A DNA stretch of 48,411 nucleotides from a virus. Its lineage: Duplodnaviria > Caudoviricetes. The notes beneath the pieces were generated by a model. The model saw only the letters and a list, made by a program, of their open reading frames with translations. It made no database searches and was not told the DNA's origin. Both the position numbers and the translations under genes were made by a program. The stretch lies in IMG/VR virus record IMGVR_UViG_3300009086_000027, positions 1 to 48,411 of that record; one strand, written 5' to 3'. This document shows, in pieces, positions 8,644-17,400 of the stretch; position 1 is the first letter of the stretch; every line of letters starts with the position of its first letter.

Positions 8644-11598
8644 TTGGATACAAAGAACTTTCTTACTCGCATATTCGCCCAGACAGACGAGCTAGTTATC
8701 TGCACACATAGACCTGATTCAACAGGTAGAGACCAACGCGGTATCTTCTGGAACCGAGGGTCGTTCGCAGATATTGACGATGCTGTAGCCGCGATACAGA
8801 CTTGGGACGCGGAACCCAACACCACGGTGTATTACACGGTCGGCGCCTTTGCCAACCACGCGTACATGGATGGTGACAAAACAAAGTGGACACGAACACA
8901 AGCAAACGCGACGTGGTTTAAAGCCCTCGCACTGGATTTAGACATCGGTGCCGACAAGCCATATGCAACACAGTCGGACGGCTGGAAGGTGCTTAGTAAA
9001 GCGTTGGGTGACATTGGCATGCCGGGGCCGATGGTCGTGTCTTCTGGCAACGGGATTCACTGCTATTGGCCGCTTACAGCCGCCATCACTAAAGAGGAGT
9101 GGATTGAGACTTCCATGGCGCTACGACTGGCGCTTGAAGAGCACGGTGTCGAGATAGATACCAGTAAAATTCACGATCCTTCTATGGTGCTTCGCCCAGT
9201 GGGTTCTCACCACAAAAAGCAAATACCATACAAGGTTGTCGAGTGCAAGCGGGATTGTCCTGATTACGAAGTTGACTCACTTAGGCAAGTACTAAGCAAC
9301 TGGGTAGGCAAAGCCATAGCGAAAGCGAAAGCATCGAGGCCAGCAGGGGGGCGTAAGAAGTCTTCCATCATAGACGCGGTGCTTAACTCAAACAACGTAC
9401 GCATCGAGGAAGTTGGCAAGCGCTGTAATCAAATTGGTAAGCTGATTGAATCAGGTGGCGTGCTGGACGCCGCTGGTCGCAAAGTGGAAGAGCCTCTATG
9501 GCGCTTGTCTATGGGAGTGGCTAAGCATGCTACGGACGTTCAAGCAGCGGTCATTATGCTCGCTGGTAAACACGAAGAGTTCGATCTCGACGCTAGCTTA
9601 AGTAAAATTGACGGCTGGCATGGTACTGGTCCTACGACCTGCTTAAAATTTGAGCAGTTATGTCCGAGCGGTTGTGATAGTTGTCCGTACCGTGGCAAGC
9701 TGACGAGCCCAGCGCAGCTATCTGTTGTGACCGAGACAGAGATTGTTGACGAAGAAGGCGTCGCCAAAGAGTACACCCTGCCTAGAAATTACGTGTTGCA
9801 GAACGGGCAGATATACATCGAGAAGAAAACCGAAGTGACGACCACCGACGTTAACGGTAACGATGTAGCGCAGGAGCTGATCGAGCATGAGTTGGTCAGC
9901 CCATACGAGATGCACATCACTGGCGTCTACCATGACCCAGTTAGTAGTAAGTCAGCGTTTAAATTGATTATTAAATACCCCATGTCTGGGTGGGTTGAGC
10001 AAGAACACGAGATGCCAGTGCTGGCAAGCATTGGTAAGGACTTCTCTACGTTCTTATTGAACCGGCAGGTATACATAAAAAACGTGGGGGCACAGGAGAA
10101 ACTGAGGAGTTACCTAATGGACTACTTAACAATGGTGCAACAGCAGACACCAACAGGATTGGATTTCACTAGCTTTGGCTGGCAAAAAGACGGCTCGTTC
10201 TTGTGCGGCGAAATTTTATTGGGCTCTGACACAACCGATATGCGCTTGCGTGGTAACGCGGCGATCTATGGCCCCCTGCTCGAACGCAAGGGTTCTCGGG
10301 ATGAGTGGGTACGCGCTATGGCACTACTCAACAACCCCGGCTCAGAAAACATCCGTGCCTGTACGCTTATCGCTGCCGGTGGGCTGATTGGTTTCGTGGG
10401 CGGTAACTCTACGGGTGTAGTGTCTATCTATTCGACCGAATCATCCACAGGCAAGTCCTTGTCGCTTATCGCTGCAAACAGCTTAGTTGGTAGGCCGAAG
10501 GCATTGTTCTTGGCGAAGAACGACACACAGAACGCCCTATATAACCTGCGTGGAATGTACAACCACCTACCTGCATGTATTGATGAGGTGACAACTGGCA
10601 AGGACGATGATCTTGTGGATATGACCTATATCCTAAGTCAGGGTCGTGAGAAGATTTCCATGACCAAAGACCGCACCCTGCGTGAACCAGTGACATGGAA
10701 TAGCGTTACGTTCATGACCACTAACATCTCGATTCATCAGAAGTACGAGTTCGCGCAAGCTGGTTCTGACCCGCTAAAGGCACGGTGCTTGGAACTTCCT
10801 CAGCACGACCGGGTGTTCGTCTCGGTGATGGGGGACAACGACTATGTAGCGCGAGAGTTCTTTGATCTGGTGATGAACAACCATGGCTGGGCAATGCCAG
10901 AGCTAGCGCAGATTATTATCGACAAGGGTGGGCCACAAGATGTGTGGAAGTGGGCGGAATCATCTTTCAATAAAACGTTCGGCTTTGAGTTTGAGCCGCA
11001 AGAACGGTTCCACAGGAGCAACATTATTTCTGCATGGGGGATGGGGCGTATTGGGGAGGCATTGGGGTTATTCCCGTTCGACATTAAAGGCACGATTGAT
11101 TTCTTGCTGAGCCATATTACCCGTGCACGGAAAGACGCCAAAGAAAATAAGATCGACGTGTTCGACATCATCGGTCAGTTCTTATCTGAGCACAACGACC
11201 AGCTTGTACAGTGTCGGGAGAAGTACGGATCGGGCGTAGAACAGGTGACTATGCCAGCACCGGAAAAGGCTGTAGCCCGCATCAAAATATCGTACGACGA
11301 CAATACAGATGTGATGCCCGGTAGCATGGCTGCAATCAACAGAGAAAAGCTTCGTATGTGGCTAAAAGCCCGTAATGACGGAATGGATCGTATTGAGCGT
11401 GAATTAGAAGACGCCAACGCGCTAATCCGTAAGAGCGAACGCATTACAATGTTCAAGGGCTGTCCTAAGACGGCTCCGGGGCAGGCAAAGGCAATCATCG
11501 TAAGCCTGAATCACCCCCGTTTCGCAGAGACTGTAACTAGCAAAAAGGCGCAAAGTAAAACCACTTTAGCCGTACTACAAGGATCAACAGCAGCATGA
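8644..11598 (+). CDS. Primase-helicase fusion (RepB/AEP-like primase + DUF927 helicase)
   Basis: ALDLD, SSGNGIHCYW, VLRPVGS; Cys cluster TCLKF...CDSCP; FGW, STGKS Walker A, IDE Walker B; TTG start. Confidence 0.88.
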   Translation: MDTKNFLTRIFAQTDELVICTHRPDSTGRDQRGIFWNRGSFADIDDAVAAIQTWDAEPNTTVYYTVGAFANHAYMDGDKTKWTRTQANATWFKALALDLDIGADKPYATQSDGWKVLSKALGDIGMPGPMVVSSGNGIHCYWPLTAAITKEEWIETSMALRLALEEHGVEIDTSKIHDPSMVLRPVGSHHKKQIPYKVVECKRDCPDYEVDSLRQVLSNWVGKAIAKAKASRPAGGRKKSSIIDAVLNSNNVRIEEVGKRCNQIGKLIESGGVLDAAGRKVEEPLWRLSMGVAKHATDVQAAVIMLAGKHEEFDLDASLSKIDGWHGTGPTTCLKFEQLCPSGCDSCPYRGKLTSPAQLSVVTETEIVDEEGVAKEYTLPRNYVLQNGQIYIEKKTEVTTTDVNGNDVAQELIEHELVSPYEMHITGVYHDPVSSKSAFKLIIKYPMSGWVEQEHEMPVLASIGKDFSTFLLNRQVYIKNVGAQEKLRSYLMDYLTMVQQQTPTGLDFTSFGWQKDGSFLCGEILLGSDTTDMRLRGNAAIYGPLLERKGSRDEWVRAMALLNNPGSENIRACTLIAAGGLIGFVGGNSTGVVSIYSTESSTGKSLSLIAANSLVGRPKALFLAKNDTQNALYNLRGMYNHLPACIDEVTTGKDDDLVDMTYILSQGREKISMTKDRTLREPVTWNSVTFMTTNISIHQKYEFAQAGSDPLKARCLELPQHDRVFVSVMGDNDYVAREFFDLVMNNHGWAMPELAQIIIDKGGPQDVWKWAESSFNKTFGFEFEPQERFHRSNIISAWGMGRIGEALGLFPFDIKGTIDFLLSHITRARKDAKENKIDVFDIIGQFLSEHNDQLVQCREKYGSGVEQVTMPAPEKAVARIKISYDDNTDVMPGSMAAINREKLRMWLKARNDGMDRIERELEDANALIRKSERITMFKGCPKTAPGQAKAIIVSLNHPRFAETVTSKKAQSKTTLAVLQGSTAA

Positions 11599-12035
11599 GT
11601 ATTGAAGCAATCGAGTTATGGCATAAGAGAGCGCGGCCAGAACCATCTTTTGAGGATTTCAACGTGCAGCTGGGCTGCCACTTCGAGGAGATCACAGAAA
11701 TGCTAATCGCTCTAACAGGCGAAGACGGCATCACCAACAACAAGCTGAGCGAAATGCGTATGTTTATGATGAGCCTAGCAGAGGGGTTTAAGTCCGGCAG
11801 GTTTAAGGCCTACGCATCCAACCGTCGGGAGTTTTTAGACGCCCTAGCAGACCAAGTCGTTACAGCTGTCGGTGTTGGTTATTGCGACAAGATGCAGATA
11901 ACAGAAGCTGTGAAACAGGTTAACGAAAGCAACTGGAGTAAGTTCGACTATAAGGGCTATCCGATTTTCAACGAAAATGGCAAAATAGCGAAAGGGCCGA
12001 CGTACAAGCAGCCCGAACTAGACGGCCTTTACTGA
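11595..12035 (+). CDS. MazG-like NTP pyrophosphohydrolase
   Basis: EEITE, EFLDALAD, VNESNWSK, GKIAKGPTY. Confidence 0.85.
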   Translation: MSIEAIELWHKRARPEPSFEDFNVQLGCHFEEITEMLIALTGEDGITNNKLSEMRMFMMSLAEGFKSGRFKAYASNRREFLDALADQVVTAVGVGYCDKMQITEAVKQVNESNWSKFDYKGYPIFNENGKIAKGPTYKQPELDGLY

Positions 12036-12044
12036 GGAACTACT

Positions 12045-12296
12045 ATGCCACGTGACTATAAAAAAGAGTACGCCAATTATCAGGGTAAACCCGAACAGAT
12101 CGCCAATCGGGCAAAGCGCAACGCGGCGCGTGCTGAAATGGAAAAGAAGGGCGTAGTGAGCAAAGGGGATGGTAAGGACGTAGACCACAAGACCCCTATC
12201 GCTAAGGGTGGTGGTAACGGCAACGGCAACTTGCGTGCCGTGCCTAAATCGAAGAACCGCTCTTTCGCCCGTACGAAATCTGCGGGAATGAAGTAA
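12045..12296 (+). CDS. Small basic HNH endonuclease-like protein
   Basis: DVDHKTPIAKGG...NLRAV...NRS. Confidence 0.8.
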   Translation: MPRDYKKEYANYQGKPEQIANRAKRNAARAEMEKKGVVSKGDGKDVDHKTPIAKGGGNGNGNLRAVPKSKNRSFARTKSAGMK

Positions 12297-12440
12297 TTAC
12301 TTTTTTGGCTTAGCCTTCGACTTGTCGTGGGCTACCATCTTCTTAGCAGCTTTTACAGGCACGCCAATCTTCTTAGCGAAAGCTGGGTCGTGCGCAGCAG
12401 CCCGCATAGTGCGGGCTTGTTTCTCTGATTTGAACGGCAT
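12297..12440 (-). CDS. 47-aa Lys/Ala-rich protein (below ORF-track cutoff)
   Basis: Hand-translated MPFKSEKQARTMRAAAHDPAFAKKIGVPVKAAKKMVAHDKSKAKPKK; starts 3 nt after the upstream stop; its stop abuts the convergent HNH stop. Confidence 0.7.
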   Translation of the reverse strand: MPFKSEKQARTMRAAAHDPAFAKKIGVPVKAAKKMVAHDKSKAKPKK

Positions 12441-12443
12441 AGC

Positions 12444-12626
12444 TTACTTCTTAGAAGTAGACTTCTTGCCTTCGTACTTCTTTTCCATGGCGGCGTAGGC
12501 TTTCTTGCCGCCTGCCATCTTCATCTCTTTGGCTTCCATGGCTTTGGACTCGCCTTTGCCGAACGGGTTCTCACGCTTGGCTTTGTTGGTTGCGGTACGG
12601 GCACCGCGCTTTGGCATATCGCGCAT
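12444..12626 (-). CDS. Lys-rich small protein
   Basis: AAGGA SD; tight packing; very basic. Confidence 0.7.
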   Translation of the reverse strand: MRDMPKRGARTATNKAKRENPFGKGESKAMEAKEMKMAGGKKAYAAMEKKYEGKKSTSKK

Positions 12627-12627
12627 A

Positions 12628-12870
12628 TTAAGTCCTTTGTTGAGGTTGCATTAACCGGTCTAGTTTTTCATCTAGTCGGTCTAGTCTATCTAGAACGCGG
12701 TTAATATCCGCGTGTACTTCCACTTTCGTGACGTACTCTTTTGCCATCTCCTCGCGCGTGCGGTTGAGAAGAATAGTAACTCGCTTTAGCTCGCCAGTCT
12801 TTTCATGCAATACCCACCCAACCACGCCGATAAGCAGAGAAAGGATTAGGTTCCAAAACATAATGTCCAT
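12628..12870 (-). CDS. N-terminal TM + coiled-coil protein (possibly lysis related)
   Basis: FWNLILSLLIGVVGWVL then LDRLDRLDEKLDRL. Confidence 0.75.
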   Translation of the reverse strand: MDIMFWNLILSLLIGVVGWVLHEKTGELKRVTILLNRTREEMAKEYVTKVEVHADINRVLDRLDRLDEKLDRLMQPQQRT

Positions 12871-12873
12871 GAC

Positions 12874-13110
12874 TCAAGCTTTCCTATAAGATTTCGTTTT
12901 GGCAGCGATAGCCTTGGGCTGCTTAACAAACTGCTTACCTGCCTTGTTACCGGCGGCCTTGGCGGCGTTTGTAGCTTTCTTTTCGGCGGGGCTTAGGGCA
13001 TCCCACGCCCTAGCTGGAAGGTAGCGCTTTTTGCCCTCGGAAGGTTTGCCATCAGAAGTCTTCCAGTCTTGGGCTGTCCACTGCTTAAGGGATTTCTGCG
13101 AGGGTTTCAC
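12874..13110 (-). CDS. DUF5872-like protein, C-terminal half
   Basis: QKSLKQWTAQDWKT...RYLPARAWDALS...GKQFV. Confidence 0.7.
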   Translation of the reverse strand: MKPSQKSLKQWTAQDWKTSDGKPSEGKKRYLPARAWDALSPAEKKATNAAKAAGNKAGKQFVKQPKAIAAKTKSYRKA

Positions 13111-13295
13111 GACTTGTAGCCCCCGCCATTAGCTTTGTACTCTTTGGCAAGCATCTGGGCTTTGCGAGCTGACCACTCGCCGGGGTCACCGCCCTTGCCG
13201 CCTGCCTTGATTTTCTCAAACAGAGCTTTACGCATGCTTGGCTTAGTGTAGTTACCAGCGGCGTTTACCGTAGATTTTTTAGAAGCAGCTTTCAT
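13107..13295 (-). CDS. DUF5872-like protein, N-terminal half
   Basis: YTKPSMRK...KGGDPGEWSARKAQMLAKEYKANGGGY; TGATG coupling at 13295. Confidence 0.7.
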   Translation of the reverse strand: MKAASKKSTVNAAGNYTKPSMRKALFEKIKAGGKGGDPGEWSARKAQMLAKEYKANGGGYKS

Positions 13296-13582
13296 CACCA
13301 CTTCACCTTATCCGCCCAGTAGGCTGCTGACATTTTGCCTTTAGAGATGTTCGCGCTGTGGCGTGCTTTGAAGCTCTTGCGCTTCGCCTTCATTGCTTCG
13401 GACTCTCCGCTCTTGGGAGCGCCTGCTGTGCTAGCACCTTGTTCGCCAAAGCGAATGGTCTTTACTTGGTCACCGGATTTAGCCACGACGACGTGTGACT
13501 TCTTAGGATGACTTGGCGTAGCTTTAGGCTTGTTGAAGCCGGATACGCCTGCTCTGGCGAGGCGCGGGTCTTTGGTGGGCAT
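13295..13582 (-). CDS. Small basic phage protein (IRFG...RKSFKARH...YWADKVKW)
   Basis: AGGAGG SD; conserved-looking motifs; Lys-rich. Confidence 0.8.
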   Translation of the reverse strand: MPTKDPRLARAGVSGFNKPKATPSHPKKSHVVVAKSGDQVKTIRFGEQGASTAGAPKSGESEAMKAKRKSFKARHSANISKGKMSAAYWADKVKW

Positions 13583-13608
13583 AATTCCTCCTGAGCAAAG
13601 GTAGTACT

Positions 13609-13638
13609 ATTTTAGCGGCTTTACTAATGCACCGGCAA
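13609..13638 (-). promoter_or_regulatory. Sigma70-like promoter of the basic-protein operon
   Basis: TTGCCG-18nt-TAAAAT on the minus strand, in a divergent gap. Confidence 0.45.
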
Positions 13639-13661
13639 CACATTTATTAGATAATAATGCC

Positions 13662-14090
13662 ATGAAATACGCTATACGCATGGTAGATAGCTCAGACCCA
13701 CAAATAAACTTTGTTTTAGCTGGGCTGCAGTATGCCTGCCTGCCGGGGGATAGGGCGTTTCCTATGGACAAGGGCTGGTGGCACATAGCCTATACAGAGA
13801 GCGGTGTACCGGTTGCCTTCTCTGGCATGGTGCCGTCTAGGCGGTGGACAGACTGTGTGTATTTGTGTAGAGCGGGTGTCCTACTAGAACACCAAGGTAA
13901 TGGCTTGCAAAAAAGACTCATTCGCGCTAGAGTCGCCAAAGCACGCGCGCTAGGCTATAAGTGGGCGGTCACTGACACGTATGATAACCCCGCTTCAGCA
14001 AACAGCCTCATAGCGAATAACTTTAAACTGTTTAAACCAAGCGACCCATGGGCAGGTAGTGGGTCATTGTTCTGGCTAAGAAAACTTTAG
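13662..14090 (+). CDS. GNAT family acetyltransferase
   Basis: Motif A GVLLEHQGNGLQKRLI; motif B NPASANSLIANNF. Confidence 0.85.
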   Translation: MKYAIRMVDSSDPQINFVLAGLQYACLPGDRAFPMDKGWWHIAYTESGVPVAFSGMVPSRRWTDCVYLCRAGVLLEHQGNGLQKRLIRARVAKARALGYKWAVTDTYDNPASANSLIANNFKLFKPSDPWAGSGSLFWLRKL

Positions 14091-14091
14091 A

Positions 14092-14490
14092 ATGCCTTTT
14101 AAAGACCCCAAAGAACGCAAAGCTAAACAAAAAGAGTACTCCGCTAAGTACTATGCCCAAAACAGAGAGAAGACAATAAACCGTGTCAAAGCGGTAAACC
14201 GCCGTAACAAAGAAAAATGGAATAAGTTCAAGTCCACTTTATCATGCATCGTATGCGGGTTCAGCCACCCCGCCGTAATAGATTTCCACCACATAGACCC
14301 CGAGACAAAAACCGACAACGTCCACCGATTAGTCCAGCGTGGCAGGTATGCTGCGGCTTATGAAGAGCTTAAAAAGTGTGCGACGTTGTGCGCCAACTGC
14401 CACCGCATCCACCACTACAACGAGTGGGCAGAGACGCGCATCAAACGCCGAAGGGCAAAAAAGAAAAAGGGCCCCGGTGGGGGCCCATGA
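14092..14490 (+). CDS. HNH endonuclease
   Basis: CIVCG...DFHHIDP...KCATLCANCHRIHH. Confidence 0.88.
   Translation: MPFKDPKERKAKQKEYSAKYYAQNREKTINRVKAVNRRNKEKWNKFKSTLSCIVCGFSHPAVIDFHHIDPETKTDNVHRLVQRGRYAAAYEELKKCATLCANCHRIHHYNEWAETRIKRRRAKKKKGPGGGP
14464..14486 (-). terminator. Rho-independent terminator ending the late operon
   Basis: GGGCCCC-4nt-GGGGCCC with an adjacent A-tract (U-tract on minus), just after the 14492 stop. Confidence 0.75.
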
Positions 14491-14491
14491 G

Positions 14492-17400
14492 TTACTCTTC
14501 TTGACCTACTGCTTTACGCATTTCTTCGTACATCTGGGCGTAGAGCTCTTGCAGGCGGGAGTCCAGCTCTTCGTAGTCGTCATAACCCCTTCTTGCAAAT
14601 TCACGTTTATAGCGGTTAATCTCAGCCTTGAACTCACGCTTGATCTTCTTGGCAGCTTCAGTGTTATAAAACCGTGATTCGTCCTTATTGAACTCATACA
14701 CAGACAGACCGAAGAACCTAGCCATAAATAAGGCATCTTTAGCTTTGCCGGTTGGCCCAGTAGCGCCGTTCAGGTAGTCAGCACCCTTGCCCCACAACTC
14801 TAGTTGCATACCGGTAGGCTTATTGATACCGCCAATACGCGTGAGAGAAGGCGTGAGTTCGTTCCATACTGCCGCGCTACCCTTTACAACCTTATCCCAG
14901 TCGCTATCGGCAACGTTGTATAAGTCCTTGCCAGTAAATGGGTCCTTGCCTTGCAGCATAATAGTCGCCAGCGAGATATAGGGTCCGTTAGGGTTAATAG
15001 CTCCGGGTATCCAGTCTTGGTCGAACAGGCGCGACTTGCTTGGCGACGGGTCCAGCAACGACATAATCGGCACTGACTTGCCCAAGTTGAAGTACACGGG
15101 ATTGTCGTCGTCCCCCATAAACGGTACACGCATATACTTGTAGGGGCCTAAGCCATAAAGCGAACGTTCCCGTACTTGCTCAGGACCCATCTTGCGCATC
15201 TCGTCATCGTCGTCGCCCATCATAGCGCCCATCAGAGAAATAGCGCCCATCATGTTCACCATCGCCCAAGGGCGGGTAATAGCCAAGCGCCCCAGCACGG
15301 GGGTAATCGCGTACGCCCACGAGATAAATGGCAGGAATGACTGCCGAGCTGCACGTACCATTCGAGCGTCGATGTCGTAGTCTAAGAACATCTTACGAGC
15401 CGCCAAACCAGCTTCTTGAAGCTCTGCATCACCGAGCTTACCGTTCTTTTCTTGTAGGTTCCCGGCTACGTTCATAAACGCAGCTAAGCGGAAAACGTTA
15501 TCACCAGCAGCGTATAGCTCCGTCATAAAAGAGTCTGTCGCCTTGCCAGCACGAAGTGCCTTAATTGCGAAGTCAGACATAGCCTTCTCGTGCTTGCCCA
15601 ACGCAGTCAACCTAGTAAGCATAGACGGGTTGTTATCAGGCCCAATCTGTTTCGCTAAAGAGTCGGCGATAAAACGCTTTGCTTCTGAGTTTGTGAACTG
15701 CCCAAGAACTGCACCGGAGCTATAGAACGCCTTCATAATAGCGCGCTGCTCTTTGGTGAGCGACTCTGGAGACACCTCAAACTTACTAAACATCACAGCG
15801 GCGTCTGCTACTGTTTTATGCGAAATCCCATGCAGCAACATCATGGAGTAGTTAGTCAGGATGTTATTCGCGTGCGTTGCTGGCGTAAAGATAGTCTTTG
15901 ACTTCTTAAACGTTGTCATCAAAGTGGCAAGCGCATTGCTATTGAACAGGGGAGAACGGTCGTTCATGTCCAGCAAATTGCTCCACACGGGACCAGAGAT
16001 TAACTTGCCGTTAAGAACGCCATATCCTTCCTCGGGCAGGCGGACCCAGACCCCGTCACGCATTGCTTTGTTGCGAATAGACGTTATCTTAGCCTCGGGC
16101 TTAGAGGCATCAAGTACTTTAGCTTCGGTTAACCCACGCCCTTCAAATACTGAGTTAACTTCATCGATGCTGTTAAACACTACTGAGCTTGCAGTCTTAG
16201 CGCCGTTCTCGTCACCGAAAGTATCTAGGCTTTCTACATAGTTCTTAGCAGCGTAGTTTTTAGACAGGCCAGCAACGGTGTTCATCAGCGCTGATGTCAT
16301 CTGTGTCAACACTTCTTCACGAACCGCCAGAGGTACCGTCTTGTCCTGTAAAGATTTAGCCATCTTACGAACGTCTACGGGGTTAGCAGCGCGACTGATA
16401 AAGTTAAAGCTGTTTCCCGTTGCGCGCGTTGCTTTATCCAAGAACCACACCCTGCTTTGGTCGACGTCAAGGCCGGGGTACTGCGCCAGTTTAGACTTGC
16501 TGATAAACCCATAAGGCACCTTTTGTAGGGTACCGTCAGTCAGTTCGATGTTTTCCATCACCTGATACATAGGCTCGTTGGAATCCAGCACGCCATTGGT
16601 TAAGTTGAGGTAGTCTTTAAATGCATCGAGGGAAGTCTCTGTGCGGCGCTCAGTCTTAAACAGTTTGCCCACCTTGTCGATACCGAACGCCTTTTTAGCG
16701 ACTTCGTTAATCTGTGACGGCGTCAACAGAATTTCAGACAGTTTACGATTTTCAAACAGCTTACGGTCAGACGCAGGAAGCGAAGCAACGTACTTCTTTA
16801 TGTGCACGTTTAGGTTGTCAGCAACTAGCCGTAGAGATACATCGTCACCTTTATTAGTCAGTGCGTTCTTATCCCCGTCGAGATACGCCCAGATACGCTC
16901 AGCTTGCGCTGGGTTCTTGTACATGTAGTGCGCCAAACGCTCCGCTTCCAGCAAGCTGGTCTGGGATTGCTGCTTAAAGTAATCCGCAATCTTCTTCAGG
17001 CCTTCGCTAAAACCGAACTTAGAGTTTATGCCGCGCAAATACACTTCAAGGCCCGGTAAATGCTTGCGTATAAATTTGACGCTGTTGTCCGCTGCGCGTT
17101 TAACCTGCGCTTCCCGCGTACCCCCTGCTCCAAAACCTGCGTACTCGAACATAGTGCGAGTTAAGTTAAGCGCCAATCCGGGGCTATCCTTATAGGCTCC
17201 CAAGGAGGGAAACCCGCCAGTATCTTCAGGGACCTCTTCTTTGGCGGACTGGACTTCAGCCTTAAGTATATTTGCATTTGTTGCATCGTACTCGCCGTTG
17301 TTTCCGATAGACGACTTAACCCCTGCTGGGTTAAACACAACGTACTCTGTGCCGCCGTCATCGTACTCTAGGATTACACCGTCGTACCCCTTCTCAGTCA

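Noticed and set aside
5718-11598. Degenerate helicase motifs (DEAT, QANARIRR, STESSTGKS) as signs of inactivation
   Set aside because: Catalytic K, D/E and R residues are retained; such variants are plausible in phage SNF2 and DUF927 proteins
624-11743. Minus-strand ORFs within the early/replication arm
   Set aside because: Antisense to well-supported genes, with no recognisable features
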